A stretch of DNA of 64,000 nucleotides from Octopus bimaculoides (Eukaryota), in contig NC_068983.1 in NCBI RefSeq assembly GCF_001194135.2, positions 57,450,099 through 57,514,098 on the forward strand, written 5' to 3'. Position numbers and translations under genes: made by a program. Position 1 is the first letter of the stretch. The number at the start of each line of letters is the position of its first letter. The notes beneath the pieces were generated by a model. That model worked only from the letters and a program-made list of their open reading frames with translations, was not told the DNA's origin and did no database searches. Shown here piece after piece: positions 23,682 through 36,452 of this stretch.

Positions 23682-24440
23682 TCAGGTCTGATCAATAAGT
23701 TGACAGGTCTGATCAATAAGTATTAAGACTGTTGCCATAGTAACGAAGCTAAAGTATGTAGAGTAAAGCTGCTTGGTACAGATTGACGTTGAACTCTGCT
23801 GCTTACAGTAGTGCTTGGAACGAAAGTGTGTAGCATGTGATCATCGCATTGACCATGACATAGAAAGCTGAGCAGAGAATCTGTTGATATTGACGAATGT
23901 TCTGGGAGAACTATAACCAACAGAACTGAGTAAAACATCACAGATGTGCGAGCAGATGTGAGGGGAAATTGTCGAACCACCATCCATAAGTTGTCAGAGG
24001 ATGTGCAGATTAGTTATGGTTAAGTTCAGTCTATTATCATTGGAGATTTGTATATGAGACGCATGTCTGCCAAGTTTGTGCCAAAACTGCTTTTAGCTGA
24101 AACTTGTGTTTCAGTTGCACAAGATCTCCTTGAGTGTGTTGAGTATGACAAAAACTTTTTGAAATCTTTGCATTGACCTCTGAGCAGGTATCACCAAGTT
24201 TTGGACAAAATTTGATGCAGATTCTCTGCTCAACTTCCTCTGTCATGGTCAATGCGATGATCACATGCTACACACCTTCCTACCAAGCACTGCTGTAAGC
24301 AGCAGAAGTAAGCTATAATGTTAAAACTTAGTGCACATGCACAGCAGAGTTCAAGGTCAATTTGTGCTGAGTGGCTTTACTCTGCATGCTTTAGCTACGT
24401 TACTATAGCAACAGTCCGGATACTTATTGATCAGACCACA
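23682..24440. mobile_element. Non-autonomous mariner-like element made of two inward-facing left ends
   Basis: TA flanks (23680-81, 24441-42); TIR GGTCTGATCAATAAGTA..GACTGTTGC; plus strand encodes ISYG*VQSII.DLYMRRMSAKFVPKLL, minus strand encodes MTEEVEQRICIKFCPKLG. Confidence 0.88.
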
Positions 24441-25958
24441 TAGATCTAATCTTTGCAAAGGAATGGAAAATATTATTAACAAGCTGTATAAAATCATTAT
24501 ATTACCGTCATTCCATATTATATTTCCTTACCCCACCACCACCATCATCACCACCATACATGGTTCAAAGTCTTGCTAGCTGCATGGTGACCACAATAGT
24601 GCCAGTGGCATGAAAAGAGACCCCAGTACAAGCTCTAAAATAGTTCGCATTANNNNNNNNNNNNNNNNNNNNNNNNNNNNNNNNNNNNNNNNNNNNNNNN
24701 NNNNNNNNNNNNNNNNNNNNNNNNNNNNNNNNNNNNNNNNNNNNNNNNNNNNNNNNNNNNNNNNNNNNNNNNNNNNNNNNNNNNNNNNNNNNNNNNNNNN
24801 NNNNNNNNNNNNNNNNNNNNNNNNNNNNNNNNNNNNNNNNNNNNNNNNNNNNNNNNNNNNNNNNNNNNNNNNNNNNNNNNNNNNNNNNNNNNNNNNNNNN
24901 NNNNNNNNNNNNNNNNNNNNNNNNNNNNNNNNNNNNNNNNNNNNNNNNNNNNNNNNNNNNNNNNNNNNNNNNNNNNNNNNNNNNNNNNNNNNNNNNNNNN
25001 NNNNNNNNNNNNNNNNNNNNNNNNNNNNNNNNNNNNNNNNNNNNNNNNNNNNNNNNNNNNNNNNNNNNNNNNNNNNNNNNNNNNNNNNNNNNNNNNNNNN
25101 NNNNNNNNNNNNNNNNNNNNNNNNNNNNNNNNNNNNNNNNNNNNNNNNNNNNNNNNNNNNNNNNNNNNNNNNNNNNNNNNNNNNNNNNNNNNNNNNNNNN
25201 NNNNNNNNNNNNNNNNNNNNNNNNNNNNNNNNNNNNNNNNNNNNNNNNNNNNNNNATAAGATAAATGCAAACATGATTTATAAGACAAACTCATGCAAAT
25301 CATTCTACTAGAATGGAGAAAACAAAAACTGAATGATGGTTATATTTGATAATTTTATTCTTGATAAATACGATAATGTATTTGAAATGTCATGGAAGCA
25401 GTCAACCTTGCGCAAATATTAAACTAAGTTAATTAAGATAACAATTGTTTTTATGATAATTTTAGACTTATATTTAATTGGGATTTGCATAATTACATGT
25501 CAAGATTTTGATTAAATATTGGTAGACACATCATTCTCTATTTCTTTCTTTCGTTTTTTTTTTTTTTTCGAAAATTGATATTTTTAAGAATAAATGAGCA
25601 AGATCATGAGATATTTCTCGATACATTATCATTGGTAAGATGCAATCTTAAGGCTATTTTTCTTCCATGACATTCAACAGGGAAAATTATTCTGCAAATA
25701 AATATGCGTGCTTATAGATTTCGTTTTGAATAAATTTGGGTTTGATAATTTAAATATGCATTAGATATTTAACTATTGTTTTCTAGTCACGGTATACAGT
25801 GTTCCATTATTCTATAGAACAGAATCATTATTAAAGTATATCATCATAATAGTCATCATCATCCAGTTTTTTCATGCTTGCATAAATCAAATAGGATTTG
25901 TCAAAACAGATTTTCTATAATAAGATATCTTACCTTCCCTGTTACCAAATCTCAATTA

Positions 25959-26540
25959 CGAGGTGATATCAAAACATTTCTGGACTAGTTCTCTAGCATG
26001 CCAAGAAATGGCAGCACACAGTTGCATGTTCAGTGTGAGTTAGCAGTGACTTTCAGGAGACAGTCTTCTGAGTGACATCACTGTGTTTACTTGGTACCTT
26101 GTGGAATTTGTGTTTCTGTGATCACATGTCTGCTGTAGTCTGCAATTTTGTGATGGACAGGAAGTTGGGACAAAGAGCCGACATGAAATTGTGTGTGCTT
26201 AACAAAAAACTGGGAAGTCTGCTGTAGAGACATGGAGCACATTTCAGAATGCTTACAGTGATGAAGCAATGGATCCTATACCATGTTTCTAGTGGCATGG
26301 ATGCTTCAAAAGTGGAAGGACATCCCTGGAAGATGATGAGCAATTTCAAAGACCTGCCACATGTGTCACTTCTGAAAATGTGACAAAAAATTCAGCTTGT
26401 GCATGAGTATTGTCAGAGGAAAATTAACATTACTGATGTTATTGGTCTGTCACATGGGTCTCTGCAGGTTATCCCAACATCTGAATTGAACATGTGGCGT
26501 ATCACAGCCAAGTTATCCCCCATGTGTTCTGTCACTACTA
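25959..26540 (+). mobile_element. mariner-like transposon 5' fragment (TIR + decayed HTH region)
   Basis: TA-CGAGGTGATATCAAAA terminus; MDRKLGQRA..KLGKSAVETW..F*WHGCFKSGRTSLEDD..RPATCVTSENV..IGLSHGS..ELNMWRITAK. Confidence 0.85.
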
Positions 26541-26574
26541 ATCTGAACACTCATATGTTGTCTATGACAGGGGG

Positions 26575-26950
26575 CAAAGTGGCTGATGCCGGTGGCATGT
26601 GGAAAGGCTCCTTTCGAGTGTTGGGCCTCATGGAGCAATAACAAATGACGAAGACCTTGGCATTATGTTGTGCTTGAGAAGAAGACCCATCAAGCCAAGT
26701 AGAATCACAGTCATAGCAGATACTGGTGTCATGCAAATGGCACCGATGCTGGTGGCACGTAAAAGCACCCATTACACTCTCTGAGTGGTTGGCGTTAGGA
26801 AGGACATCCAACTGTAGAAACCATGCCAAATCAGACTGGAGTCTGGTGCAGCCTTCCAGTTTACCAGCCCTGGTCAAATTGTCCAAACTGTTCAACTTAA
26901 GCCAGCATGGACAATGGATGTTAAATAATGGCGATGATGATGATGATGAT
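26575..26950 (+). mobile_element. Family C retroposon, longer 5' variant
   Basis: GTGCTTGAGAAGAAGACCCATCAAGCC segment upstream of standard C body and (GAT)n tail. Confidence 0.85.
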
Positions 26951-26964
26951 GAAGATGATCATGA

Positions 26965-27290
26965 TGTGTGTATTTGTGTGTGAGTGTGTGTGTATGTGTG
27001 TGTTTGTGTGTGTATGTGTGTGTCTTTGCATCTGTGTTTGTCACTGCACTCCACCCTTGACAACTGATGTTGGTTTGTTTACGTCCTCATAACTTAGCAG
27101 TTTGGTGAAAGAGATTAGTAGGTTAAATACCAGACTTCAAAACACAAAACAAAAAAATAAAATAAAACAAAAGAACCCACATGTATGGGGGGGGGGGTCA
27201 ATTTGTTCCATAAAACCCTTCAATTTTGGTGCCCAACCTGGCCCTCATCCAATGACTGAAAATATTTTTATAAAAGATAGAACAAAAAAA
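26965..27290 (+). mobile_element. SINE family A, diverged 3' half
   Basis: (TG)n, GACAACTGATGTTGGTTTGTTTACGTCC..AACTTAGCAG, AATGACTGAAA. Confidence 0.7.
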
Positions 27291-27599
27291 TAGACTATCA
27301 TCAATAGTCTTATTATTGATTACTTATAGATTTCCTCAGAGATATTTTCAATACAAGACAACACACTGAAAAAAAAAAAAAGGAAATAAACAGAAAAACA
27401 AGATTACACGATTATTTCAATGAAATGCTTAGAATTATTATTATTTTTTTGTTTTATACATTTTTCAAATTTAAGAGATTTTTTTTTTATTGCAGAAACA
27501 ACATGTGATAAAAAGTAAAATGTGGCATTTTGCCACATGTCACTTGTATCTGGAATTTTACCAATTCAAGAATGGTTTTCATAAACTGGGTTGTTGTGG

Positions 27600-27652
27600 T
27601 GGTAGTGGGGAGAGAAAGATAGAGAAGGAAGGAGTGACAGTGTGAGTGAGTT

Positions 27653-27693
<41 letters not shown>

Positions 27694-27905
27694 GAGAGAG
27701 AGAGAGAAAGAGAGAGAGAAGGAAGGAAGGAAGGAAGGAAGAGAAGAGAAGAGGAAGGGGAGAGAGACGGATGAAGAGGAAGGGGAGAGAAAGAGAAGGA
27801 TGAAGAGGAAGGGGAGGAGGAGAAGGAGGAAGAGAAGAGAAATGGAAGGAGGAGAGAGAGAGAGGGATGGACGAAGGGAGAGAGTGAGCAGGAGAGGGTG
27901 AGAGA
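27600..27905. repeat. Polypurine (GA)n/(GGAA)n field
   Basis: Direct reading; ends at N gap. Confidence 0.92.
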
Positions 27906-28586
27906 NNNNNNNNNNNNNNNNNNNNNNNNNNNNNNNNNNNNNNNNNNNNNNNNNNNNNNNNNNNNNNNNNNNNNNNNNNNNNNNNNNNNNNNNNNNNNNN
28001 NNNNNNNNNNNNNNNNNNNNNNNNNNNNNNNNNNNNNNNNNNNNNNNNNNNNNNNNNNNNNNNNNNNNNNNNNNNNNNNNNNNNNNNNNNNNNNNNNNNN
28101 NNNNNNNNNNNNNNNNNNNNNNNNNNNNNNNNNNNNNNNNNNNNNNNNNNNNNNNNNNNNNNNNNNNNNNNNNNNNNNNNNNNNNNNNNNNNNNNNNNNN
28201 NNNNNNNNNNNNNNNNNNNNNNNNNNNNNNNNNNNNNNNNNNNNNNNNNNNNNNNNNNNNNNNNNNNNNNNNNNNNNNNNNNNNNNNNNNNNNNNNNNNN
28301 NNNNNNNNNNNNNNNNNNNNNNNNNNNNNNNNNNNNNNNNNNNNNNNNNNNNNNNNNNNNNNNNNNNNNNNNNNNNNNNNNNNNNNNNNNNNNNNNNNNN
28401 NNNNNNNNNNNNNNNNNNNNNNNNNNNNNNNNNNNNNNNNNNNNNNNNNNNNNNNNNNNNNNNNNNNNNNNNNNNNNNNNNNNNNNNNNNNNNNNNNNNN
28501 NNNNNNNNNNNNNNNNNNNNNNNNNNNNNNNNNNNNNNNNNNNNNNNNNNNNNNNNNNNNNNNNNNNNNNNNNNNNNNNNNNNNNN

Positions 28587-28639
<53 letters not shown>

Positions 28640-28824
28640 CAGAGATATCATAATAATATGTGATATCTTGTTCCCCTAAAAACTGGGATAATTTGCATAG
28701 TTGGAGGAGATCCTTATGTGAAGAGATAAAAGAACTAATTGGTGTTTAAGAGGTAGAAGACAAGCATGCTGTGTGACAAATTTAGAATTTGTTGCTCTTT
28801 AGATTGGCAGTGCTGGACAGAGCT

Positions 28825-29260
28825 AGTTCAGCAAGCATTGAGTCAATGTTGCTGAAGGCTCGGTTATGAGAGACATTTCCATATCATCAGAATGATTGAC
28901 AACTTTATTATACCCAGACAACTGTTGTACAGTGAGCTCATGTCAGGCTCATGCAAACAAGGAAGGCCTAAACTGAAAAGCAACCTCAAATGGAGAAGCA
29001 TAGATTCATGCAAACTTGATCAACGTGGAAGTCTCATACCTCATGAGAAGCAGCTGCCTTCGAAGACAACTGGCGACAGTGTCTTGATGCTGCAAACGAA
29101 AGGCATCACGGGGCAGCACGTCTACATCAGCCTAATCAACAGACAATTGTGATATCTGTGGGCACCTGTGTGCTTCCACTTTTGGACTGCAGAGTCATAT
29201 GCACTCTCATCGCTGAGAAGACAGACCTTGTTATCATCAGACACCGGTGTTTACCTGTTG
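28825..29260 (+). pseudogene. RTE-clade LINE 3' end fragment
   Basis: SIESMLLKARL..HIIRMIDN..PRQLLYSELMSGSCKQGRPKL, then AAAFEDNWRQCLDAANER; typical RTE post-RT region. Confidence 0.8.
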
Positions 29261-30059
29261 CAGATCAATCAGTTGCAAAACGCATTTCTCGCTGCGAAGC
29301 ATCAGCAGGAAACTTGCAGACCAACAGCCAGCTTAAGCACCTTGATGTTCAGAACATGAAAGGATGTTGATCAGTGTGTAGATGTGGTGGAGAATAGCCT
29401 TCACAAGAGAATGGTCAGATAATCTGACTGATCAGGAGATGGGGATAAATTTGTTAAAGCTATGTTTTGAAGTAAGAAATCAAACAAGGGTGTTAAGAGT
29501 GCTTGTATAATAGTCAAGGATACAAGTAGGTGATGGCATTAGATGCTGCATGTGATTCAGATTCTATACAAGCATCATTAGTGCAGTAAGAATAAAACAA
29601 TTAAGAATGGTTGTGAAGGCAGAAACCATCAAAGACAATAAATGTAGATGTTTGTATAAGGCAGGGATAAAACTAGTTTGTTAAGTAGATATTTAAGAAG
29701 ATTCTTGTTAATGAGTAAGACAATTCGAAATTATTTGACTGCAAATATTTAATTACATATCATTGACATTCTTGTAATGATAGACAAAATGGCTTTGTTA
29801 CAACAACCATTTTTCCTGTTTAAAAATTATGTGTCTGTTTTGTAATTGTTTTCAAGTAAAATGGCTGTTTTATTGCATTCTTACTGCTCAAAGACTTTTT
29901 CAGTGTCAATGTACTAGACACATTAGAGAAACAGCAGGACTTAAGCAAAAATAAACAACATTCTAATAACATAGCTTCCCTGTCAGAATAAACTATTGAA
30001 TAATTACACCAAAGAAATGTCGTTTGGTTTGCCCCACCCTTCTCGCTCAATGTCAAGAC

Positions 30060-31025
30060 TTGTGTGGGAAGGATTTTCCTCAGATTAATAGATTAGCATT
30101 TCACACACACACATAGGTATAGGCATTTATTTAAGTGGCACAATCAAAGAGTCTCCTTTAGTTGTGCACCTAACATAAAAAAGCATTTTAACAAGCATCT
30201 ACAAAGCAAAAGAGGAGGCAGGTTTCTCTTGCAGGGTATACAATAACAATCCTGTATGAGGCCAATGCGAGGCTGATGGAGTCATCTATGAAGCTACAGT
30301 GACACCAAGACCCGCTATCTGCATTACTAGCAATAATGACAGATTAACCACCTCTTATGCCAGTATAATCGCCACAGCCAGAGATAATGACCAATCTGGG
30401 ACCAGCAACACAGAGGTATGCAACGACCCCGTGACCACCACCTCAGGGGAGATGACCAAACATTTATCCTCGACACTAATGGAGTGACTGACCCCACACC
30501 ATATGTTACCACAATTGCACCCACACTAACGTCAGCAGCATTAAGGTCAACCATATGACCAGAAATGAAAACCACGGCAATAACACCACCTGATCATTGC
30601 GCCATAACAAAAACTTCAGCAACGGTGTTACCAACAGCATCCCTAGCCCGGAGCCTACCACAGATATACCAGGGGTGCAAAAATAGCCATCTCCCAAGCT
30701 TATAAATATATCAGATCAGCCATTACATCTTTCAAATGACACTTCTGCAACCATCGGTCATCCTTCAAAGTCCCAGAAAGATGTTTTATCACATCCCAAG
30801 CCAGCCATGTGTAGCACCTCAAAGATCGAGGGACTGCATGTGATATCAGATGGAAAATAATAGAACATCCAGGCCTATACATTAATGGGAGTGGCCATTG
30901 CAAAATCTACATCATGGAGAAAAACAAAATTTTTAAGGACTATGCTAAACCTTATGTGTTAAATAATTGTAAAGAAATTTTCTCGAAATGTGTCCATTCC
31001 AAGCACCACCTACTAGAAAATTCAA
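30060..31025 (+). pseudogene. Penelope-like retroelement remnant: RT thumb/linker + GIY-YIG endonuclease, Naiad-like
   Basis: VSFSCAPNIKKHFNKH (30151), FSCR..NPV*GQC..VIYEATV (30224-30301), YKYIRS..FK*HFCNHRSSFK..HV*HLK..IRWKII..HCKIYIMEK..VLN..EIFSKCVH (30701-31000). Confidence 0.82.
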
Positions 31026-31273
31026 TCTCCCCGTTTGCTGGTTAGGCTGTTAAGAGACTGTAAAGGTTTTTTATCCTCTGGTCCAGGGAGGATAAACCAG
31101 CCTTGTTAATGTTTTTATATTATGTTATCTGTTACTCCTCATCCTAGCATTTCTTAATGAGGCAGAAAGTTAAATTTTGTTCAGGATAGAGTCTTCTGAG
31201 CTGTCCACAGGCTGTAGGTTTCATGGATATGAAACCATTGGTAACTCAATGACTAGAGTTTAACTTTCTGTTT

Positions 31274-31311
<38 letters not shown>

Positions 31312-31345
31312 GTGTGGCGTTATTATTTTCTGTAATAATGCCCCT

Positions 31346-31393
<48 letters not shown>

Positions 31394-31931
31394 NNNNNNN
31401 NNNCCAAGAGAGTTAGAAATTGTGAATCCAACCAATTAAGGGATAGTAGCTATCCAATATACTGCTGGTAAAATACCCAATTATTAATACACAAGTGTTG
31501 GTTATTGCATGGCAATTACACTATTGAGTGTAATAAATGGGTGAGGGTAAAAAGTGGTTTTACCCTTAATTTATATGGCAAGAAGAAAATGGAGGGGATA
31601 CAGAAATAGTATACATCAACTGTTAGACATTATATTACATCTATTTATTTATTTTAAACAATTATGAGAGTATATATACATATGTGAAGATTGTGTGAAA
31701 TAACATGTGGGGTACTGTGACCTCTTGGCAGAAACAGCTGTAAGAAACTGTTCTTTCTCTATTCTAGAAATTACTGGTATTTATGTATGTAAAACACAAT
31801 CTTTACATACGTATATATACACTCATAATTGTTTATAATAAATAGACATAATATAATGTCTAACAGTTGATGCATACTATCTCAGGATCCCCTCCATTTT
31901 CTTCTTGCAATATATATATATATATATATAT

Positions 31932-32145
31932 CATCATTATCATTTAATGTCCATTGTCAATGCTGGCATGGGTTGGACAGTTTGACTGCGCTGGCACGCT
32001 AGAAGGTTCCCCCCAGGCTCCAATCTGATTTGGCATGGCTTTCTATGGCTTGATGCCCTTCCTCACACCAACCATTCGAATGGTGCTTTTTACGTGCCAC
32101 CAGACTTGCCAGTCAGGCAGCACTGGCATCGACCTAGTACTGGCC
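31932..32145 (-). mobile_element. Family C retroposon, 3' part
   Basis: CATCATTATCATTTAATGTCC..ATGCTGGCATGGGTTGGAC on plus strand. Confidence 0.8.
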
Positions 32146-32265
32146 AAATGCTGCTGCAAGATGTTTCAGTACACCTGCACTCATTTGTTTTATAGTACAC
32201 TCCAACCCCACACACAGATGCTTACACATATGCACATACAAACACGCATATATACATACATACAC

Positions 32266-32320
<55 letters not shown>

Positions 32321-32477
32321 TACATATATATATATATATACACATATATGCATGTATATGTAAACAATTTTAAAAATTAAAGGTGATTTTTGAATTTATT
32401 TTATAGGCTGAGGAATCTGTGTACTTTAAGACAAAACCCACACTTCTTTGCATGTTGTGTTGTTGCTCATGATGATA

Positions 32478-32515
<38 letters not shown>

Positions 32516-32550
32516 AATGATGATGATGATGATGATTATGACGGTGGTGG

Positions 32551-32581
<31 letters not shown>

Positions 32582-33288
32582 GATGATGATGATGTGGTGG
32601 TGGTGGCGGTGATGATGGTGACGCGATCTTTATCTAAATCGAAATTGCTTATCAAAGATTTGAGAGAAAATTTTTCCACCAAAGGGCAAGTTCATACATT
32701 TATTGCCAAATTGTAAATTATCTGAACTTACTAGAAACTTGTATTAAACGCATTTAGTCCCTTCACCCCAACCCCGCCGCTCCACCCCTAAATTGACTAT
32801 AAAAGTGGAAAAGAAGAAACGGCAAAAACCGAAAAAAGCTTGCTTAACTACATTGGCAGAAAAAAAAAAAATTGCCAAATCAACCAAGCAAACAGCTGAA
32901 GTAATTTTGAATACAAAATTCTCTTTGAAAGTAAATTGCAAAGATTAAATAAGGATTTTATTTATTTATTTATTTATTCTGTAGCCATCATCAGTTTTTT
33001 TGTTTTTTTAAGGGAAAAACATGGAATTTAATTAATTCCCCTCGATACAGTACTTCAAAGCTTCCTTTTCTTAATTAGTTCCATTTTAAATTTCAGTTTC
33101 CAGAATTCTTCTTCAATAATTCTCTTTTACTCCTATCATTCATTCTCAATTGAATTGATTGTGCTTCTTTGCACACTTATTGCTGATCCCAAAATGCATG
33201 ACCTCTGACTTTCTGCTAAAATAGTGAGTGAGAAACACTAAATTTTATAAATAAATTCAATATGCATATACACACACACGCATGCACG

Positions 33289-33318
<30 letters not shown>

Positions 33319-33320
<2 letters not shown>

Positions 33321-33895
33321 GTAGCTGTTGGACCCAGCATTGCTTGTGTTTTCCATGTTGAAGTTAAGCCCACCTCTGACCTTGTGTTGAAATCTTTTAT
33401 GTTCTCCGTCCCAGCTATTACCCATTAAGATGTTTTCTGGTTCGGCAGGCTGTTGCAGAATGAGTAGATGTGTGGCAGGTGGAGGAAAAATGGTCAGAAC
33501 AGGTAATGGAATTTTGTTGGCAGAGCAGAGTTTTTGCAGCTAAAGATGACGTGTTCAATGGTGCAGAGGACAGAAATGTAAATAAGCATTTCGTTACAGA
33601 CTATTCTATCGATTTTGTTGAAATATTACACGTGAAAAAAATGCAAAAGCTGCAAGGAAAATAACATCATTATGCGAATTTCCATTCAAACGCCCGATTG
33701 AGCTCACAAAAATCGATGCCAATTGAGTATTATTGAGTTTTCGAGAAATTCTGGCCTTATTTGAACTTCAGAGCATGTGATCTACCAATGTACCAAAAAT
33801 CATTAAAATCGGTTGGACGATGTGGGAGAAGTTAGAGTAACCCCAAACACACAGACAGACACCATTACACATTTATGTATGTACATATATATATA
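33319..33895 (+). mobile_element. Possible non-autonomous Helitron-like element
   Basis: Begins TAGTAGCTGTTGGACCCAGCATTGCT in a (TA)n; ends GTACCAAAAATCATTAAAATCGGTTGGAC..GGGAGAAGTT..(ACAG)n..TATATAT, resembling ends of microsatellite-bearing Helitron-like repeats. Confidence 0.45.
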
Positions 33896-33904
33896 TGGGC
33901 AATA

Positions 33905-34233
33905 TGATATGCTTGAAAAGACCTGTTAAGTCAAGTAAAACCAAAATCGTGGCTGTTGGCATTGCCCCCTGACTGGCTCCCATGCTGGTGGGATGTAAAA
34001 AGCACCATCTGAACATGGCCGATGCCAGTGCCCCCTGACTGGCTCCTGTTCCAGTGGCACGTAAAAAGCACCCTCTACACACTCGGAGTGGTTGGCATTA
34101 GGAAGGGCATCCAGCTCTATAGAAACATTGCCAGATCAGATTGGAGCCTGGTGCAGCCGCAAGTTCATCAGACCTCAGTCAAACCATCAAACCCATGCCA
34201 GCATCGAAAACAGACGTGAAACGATGATGATGA
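33905..34233 (+). mobile_element. Family C retroposon
   Basis: Standard C body and (GAT)n tail. Confidence 0.88.
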
Positions 34234-34374
34234 TATATACATGTATGTATATAATGATATATACATGCATATATACATGTATGTGTATGTTACAAGGATA
34301 TAAATACACTAACATCAGTTGTCAAGTGATGCTGGGGGTACAAACACACATACACACATACATATATATATTAT

Positions 34375-34710
34375 TATCATCATCATCATCTTCCTTATCG
34401 TTTAACATCTGTTTTTCCATGCTGGCATGGGTTGGACGGCTTTACTGAGGCCTGGAGTTTGTGGCCGCACCAGGCTCCAATCTTATCTGGCAATGTTTCT
34501 ACAGCTGGATGCCCTTCCTAACACCAACCATACTGAGAGTGTAGTGGGTGCTTTTTACGTGCCACTGGCACAGTTGCCGGCCAGGCAGACCTGGCATCGA
34601 TCATGTTCAGATACTGCTTTTTACGTGCCACCAGCATGGGAGCCAGCCATGGGGTACTGGCATCGGCCATAATCAGTTAGTGTCTCCTACATGCCACAGG
34701 CATGAGTGCC
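34375..34710 (-). mobile_element. Family C retroposon (inverted relative to 33905-34233)
   Basis: CATCATC..CGTTTAACATCTGTTTTTCCATGCTGGCATGGGTTGGAC on plus strand. Confidence 0.88.
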
Positions 34711-34720
34711 AGTCAGATGG

Positions 34721-34885
34721 TACGGGCTTCTTTCAGTTTCTGTCTAACAAATCCACACACAAGGCTTTGGTCGGCCCGAGGCTGTAGTAGAAGTCACTTG
34801 CCCAAGGTGTCATGTAGTGGGACTGAACCCGGAACCATGTGGTTGGTAAGCAAGCTACTTACCACACAGCCACGCCTGCATCTAT
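34721..34885 (-). mobile_element. SINE family A head
   Basis: GGGACTGAACCCGGAACCATGTGGTTGGTAAGCAAGCTACTTACCACACAGCCAC. Confidence 0.9.
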
Positions 34886-34889
34886 AAAA

Positions 34890-34962
34890 TTCAAACTCAG
34901 AACATAGACGCATGAAACGCCACGAACTGTTTGCCCAGCATGCTAACAACTCTGCCAGCTTA
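34890..34962 (-). mobile_element. SINE family B head fragment
   Basis: TTCAAACTCAGAACATAGAC..CATGCTAACAACTCTGCCAGCT. Confidence 0.65.
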
Positions 34963-34997
34963 CAATCAAATAAGTATTATTACCATTATTCTTAATC

Positions 34998-35065
<68 letters not shown>

Positions 35066-35157
35066 CATAATAATAATGATGATGATGAAAATGATAAGAT
35101 CTTCTTTATAGCAAGTGGTATTTAAATACCCTATTGAATTTAAATTTAGTTTATATA

Positions 35158-35159
<2 letters not shown>

Positions 35160-35215
<56 letters not shown>

Positions 35216-35415
35216 GCTGTGTGTATTTGTTCTCCACCACTGCTTGATAACTGCTGTAAGTCTGTTTACATCTTAGTAACTCAGTAGTTCAACAAAAGAG
35301 ACCAATAGGACAAGCACCAGACTTCAAGATAAATACTAGTATCGATTTGTTTGACAAAACCCTTCAAGGCAATTTCCCAGCATGGCTGCAATCCGATGAC
35401 TGAAACAAGAAAAAA
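35160..35415 (+). mobile_element. SINE family A, 3' half
   Basis: (TG)n then CCACTGCTTGATAAC..AAAAGAGACCAATAG..CAGCATGGCTGC..ATGACTGAAACAAG. Confidence 0.78.
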
Positions 35416-36283
35416 AAATATAGAAAAAGAAAGCACCATTAAAAAAAATTCAATCAAATAGAAAAAAAAAAGATTTACTGTGATTTACGAAAAAGATAGA
35501 TTGATACATTTAACTGCAATTAAAAAGTAATTATTTCTTCTTGTCAAATGTAATTCATTGTATTTGTGTTGTATAAAATATGGTCAGTGTATTATATCTC
35601 AGTTCACTGAACTCTGGTGTTCGTATGAATGATATTTCTCTTGCTTAAATGTCAAAATCATTTGTAAATAGCAAGCAAAGAGGAATTTTATTTCAGAAAG
35701 TATTGATTCTTATGTGATGTTAATGTTTTCTAGTAATTGATGAATGAAAATGTAAAACTCTAGAAAATGTAATGTGTAAATATTCACTGGTATTTGTGCA
35801 TCTAAGTGTGCGGTTTTATACACTGTTACGAAGGCTAGAATAAAATTCTAGCATGGTGTTTGGCAGGCAATCATCTTCAGTGAATGGAAGAAATAATCTG
35901 ATAAATATAATTTTAAATGGTTCTATTTGAAATACTGTTCTCTAGTTCTACAAAAAAAAAAAAAAGAAAAAAACGAATAATGGATCCGTAATCAATTCTC
36001 ATAAAAAATAACGATTGGTGATCATGTGACTGGTTTAAAGCATACTGCACATATTTTTGGTGTGCTTTTACTGAGGTGAACTATATAAAGTGGTGAATGA
36101 ATGGATGGATGGTGGGCAGTTGGTGGTCTGAGCCTGAGGATTGAAGTTGGGTGACGAAGAACTACAGCTGGTATGAGTAGTGGAAATGTGCATAATGATT
36201 CATTGAAATATTTATGAAATTCCATTTTTGGGTTCTTATTATTATTACTATATATATATATAAATGTATGTGTATTTTTTCAA

Positions 36284-36450
36284 TACTCTCTTTTACTCTT
36301 TTACTTGTTTCAGTCATTTGACTGCGGCCATGCTGGAGCACTGCTTTTAGTTGAGCAAATCGACCCCAGGACTTATTCTTTGGAAGCCTAGTACTTATTC
36401 TATCGGTCTCCTTTGCTGAACCGCTAAGTTACGGGGATGTAAACACATCA
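36284..36450 (-). mobile_element. SINE family A tail fragment
   Basis: CTCTTTTACTCTTTTACTTGTTTCAGTCATTTGACTGCGGCCATGCTGGAGCAC. Confidence 0.9.
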
Positions 36451-36452
36451 CT

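Noticed and set aside
31145-31200. ATGA..AAA..GA hairpin after the PLE ORF as a SECIS element, with in-frame TGA codons at 30257 and 30737
   Set aside because: Selenoprotein-encoding Naiad PLEs are known, but the helix register does not fit the quartet (3 extra nt), the TGAs are not at Cys-equivalent positions and fit CGA decay, and the ORF also has a TAG and frameshifts
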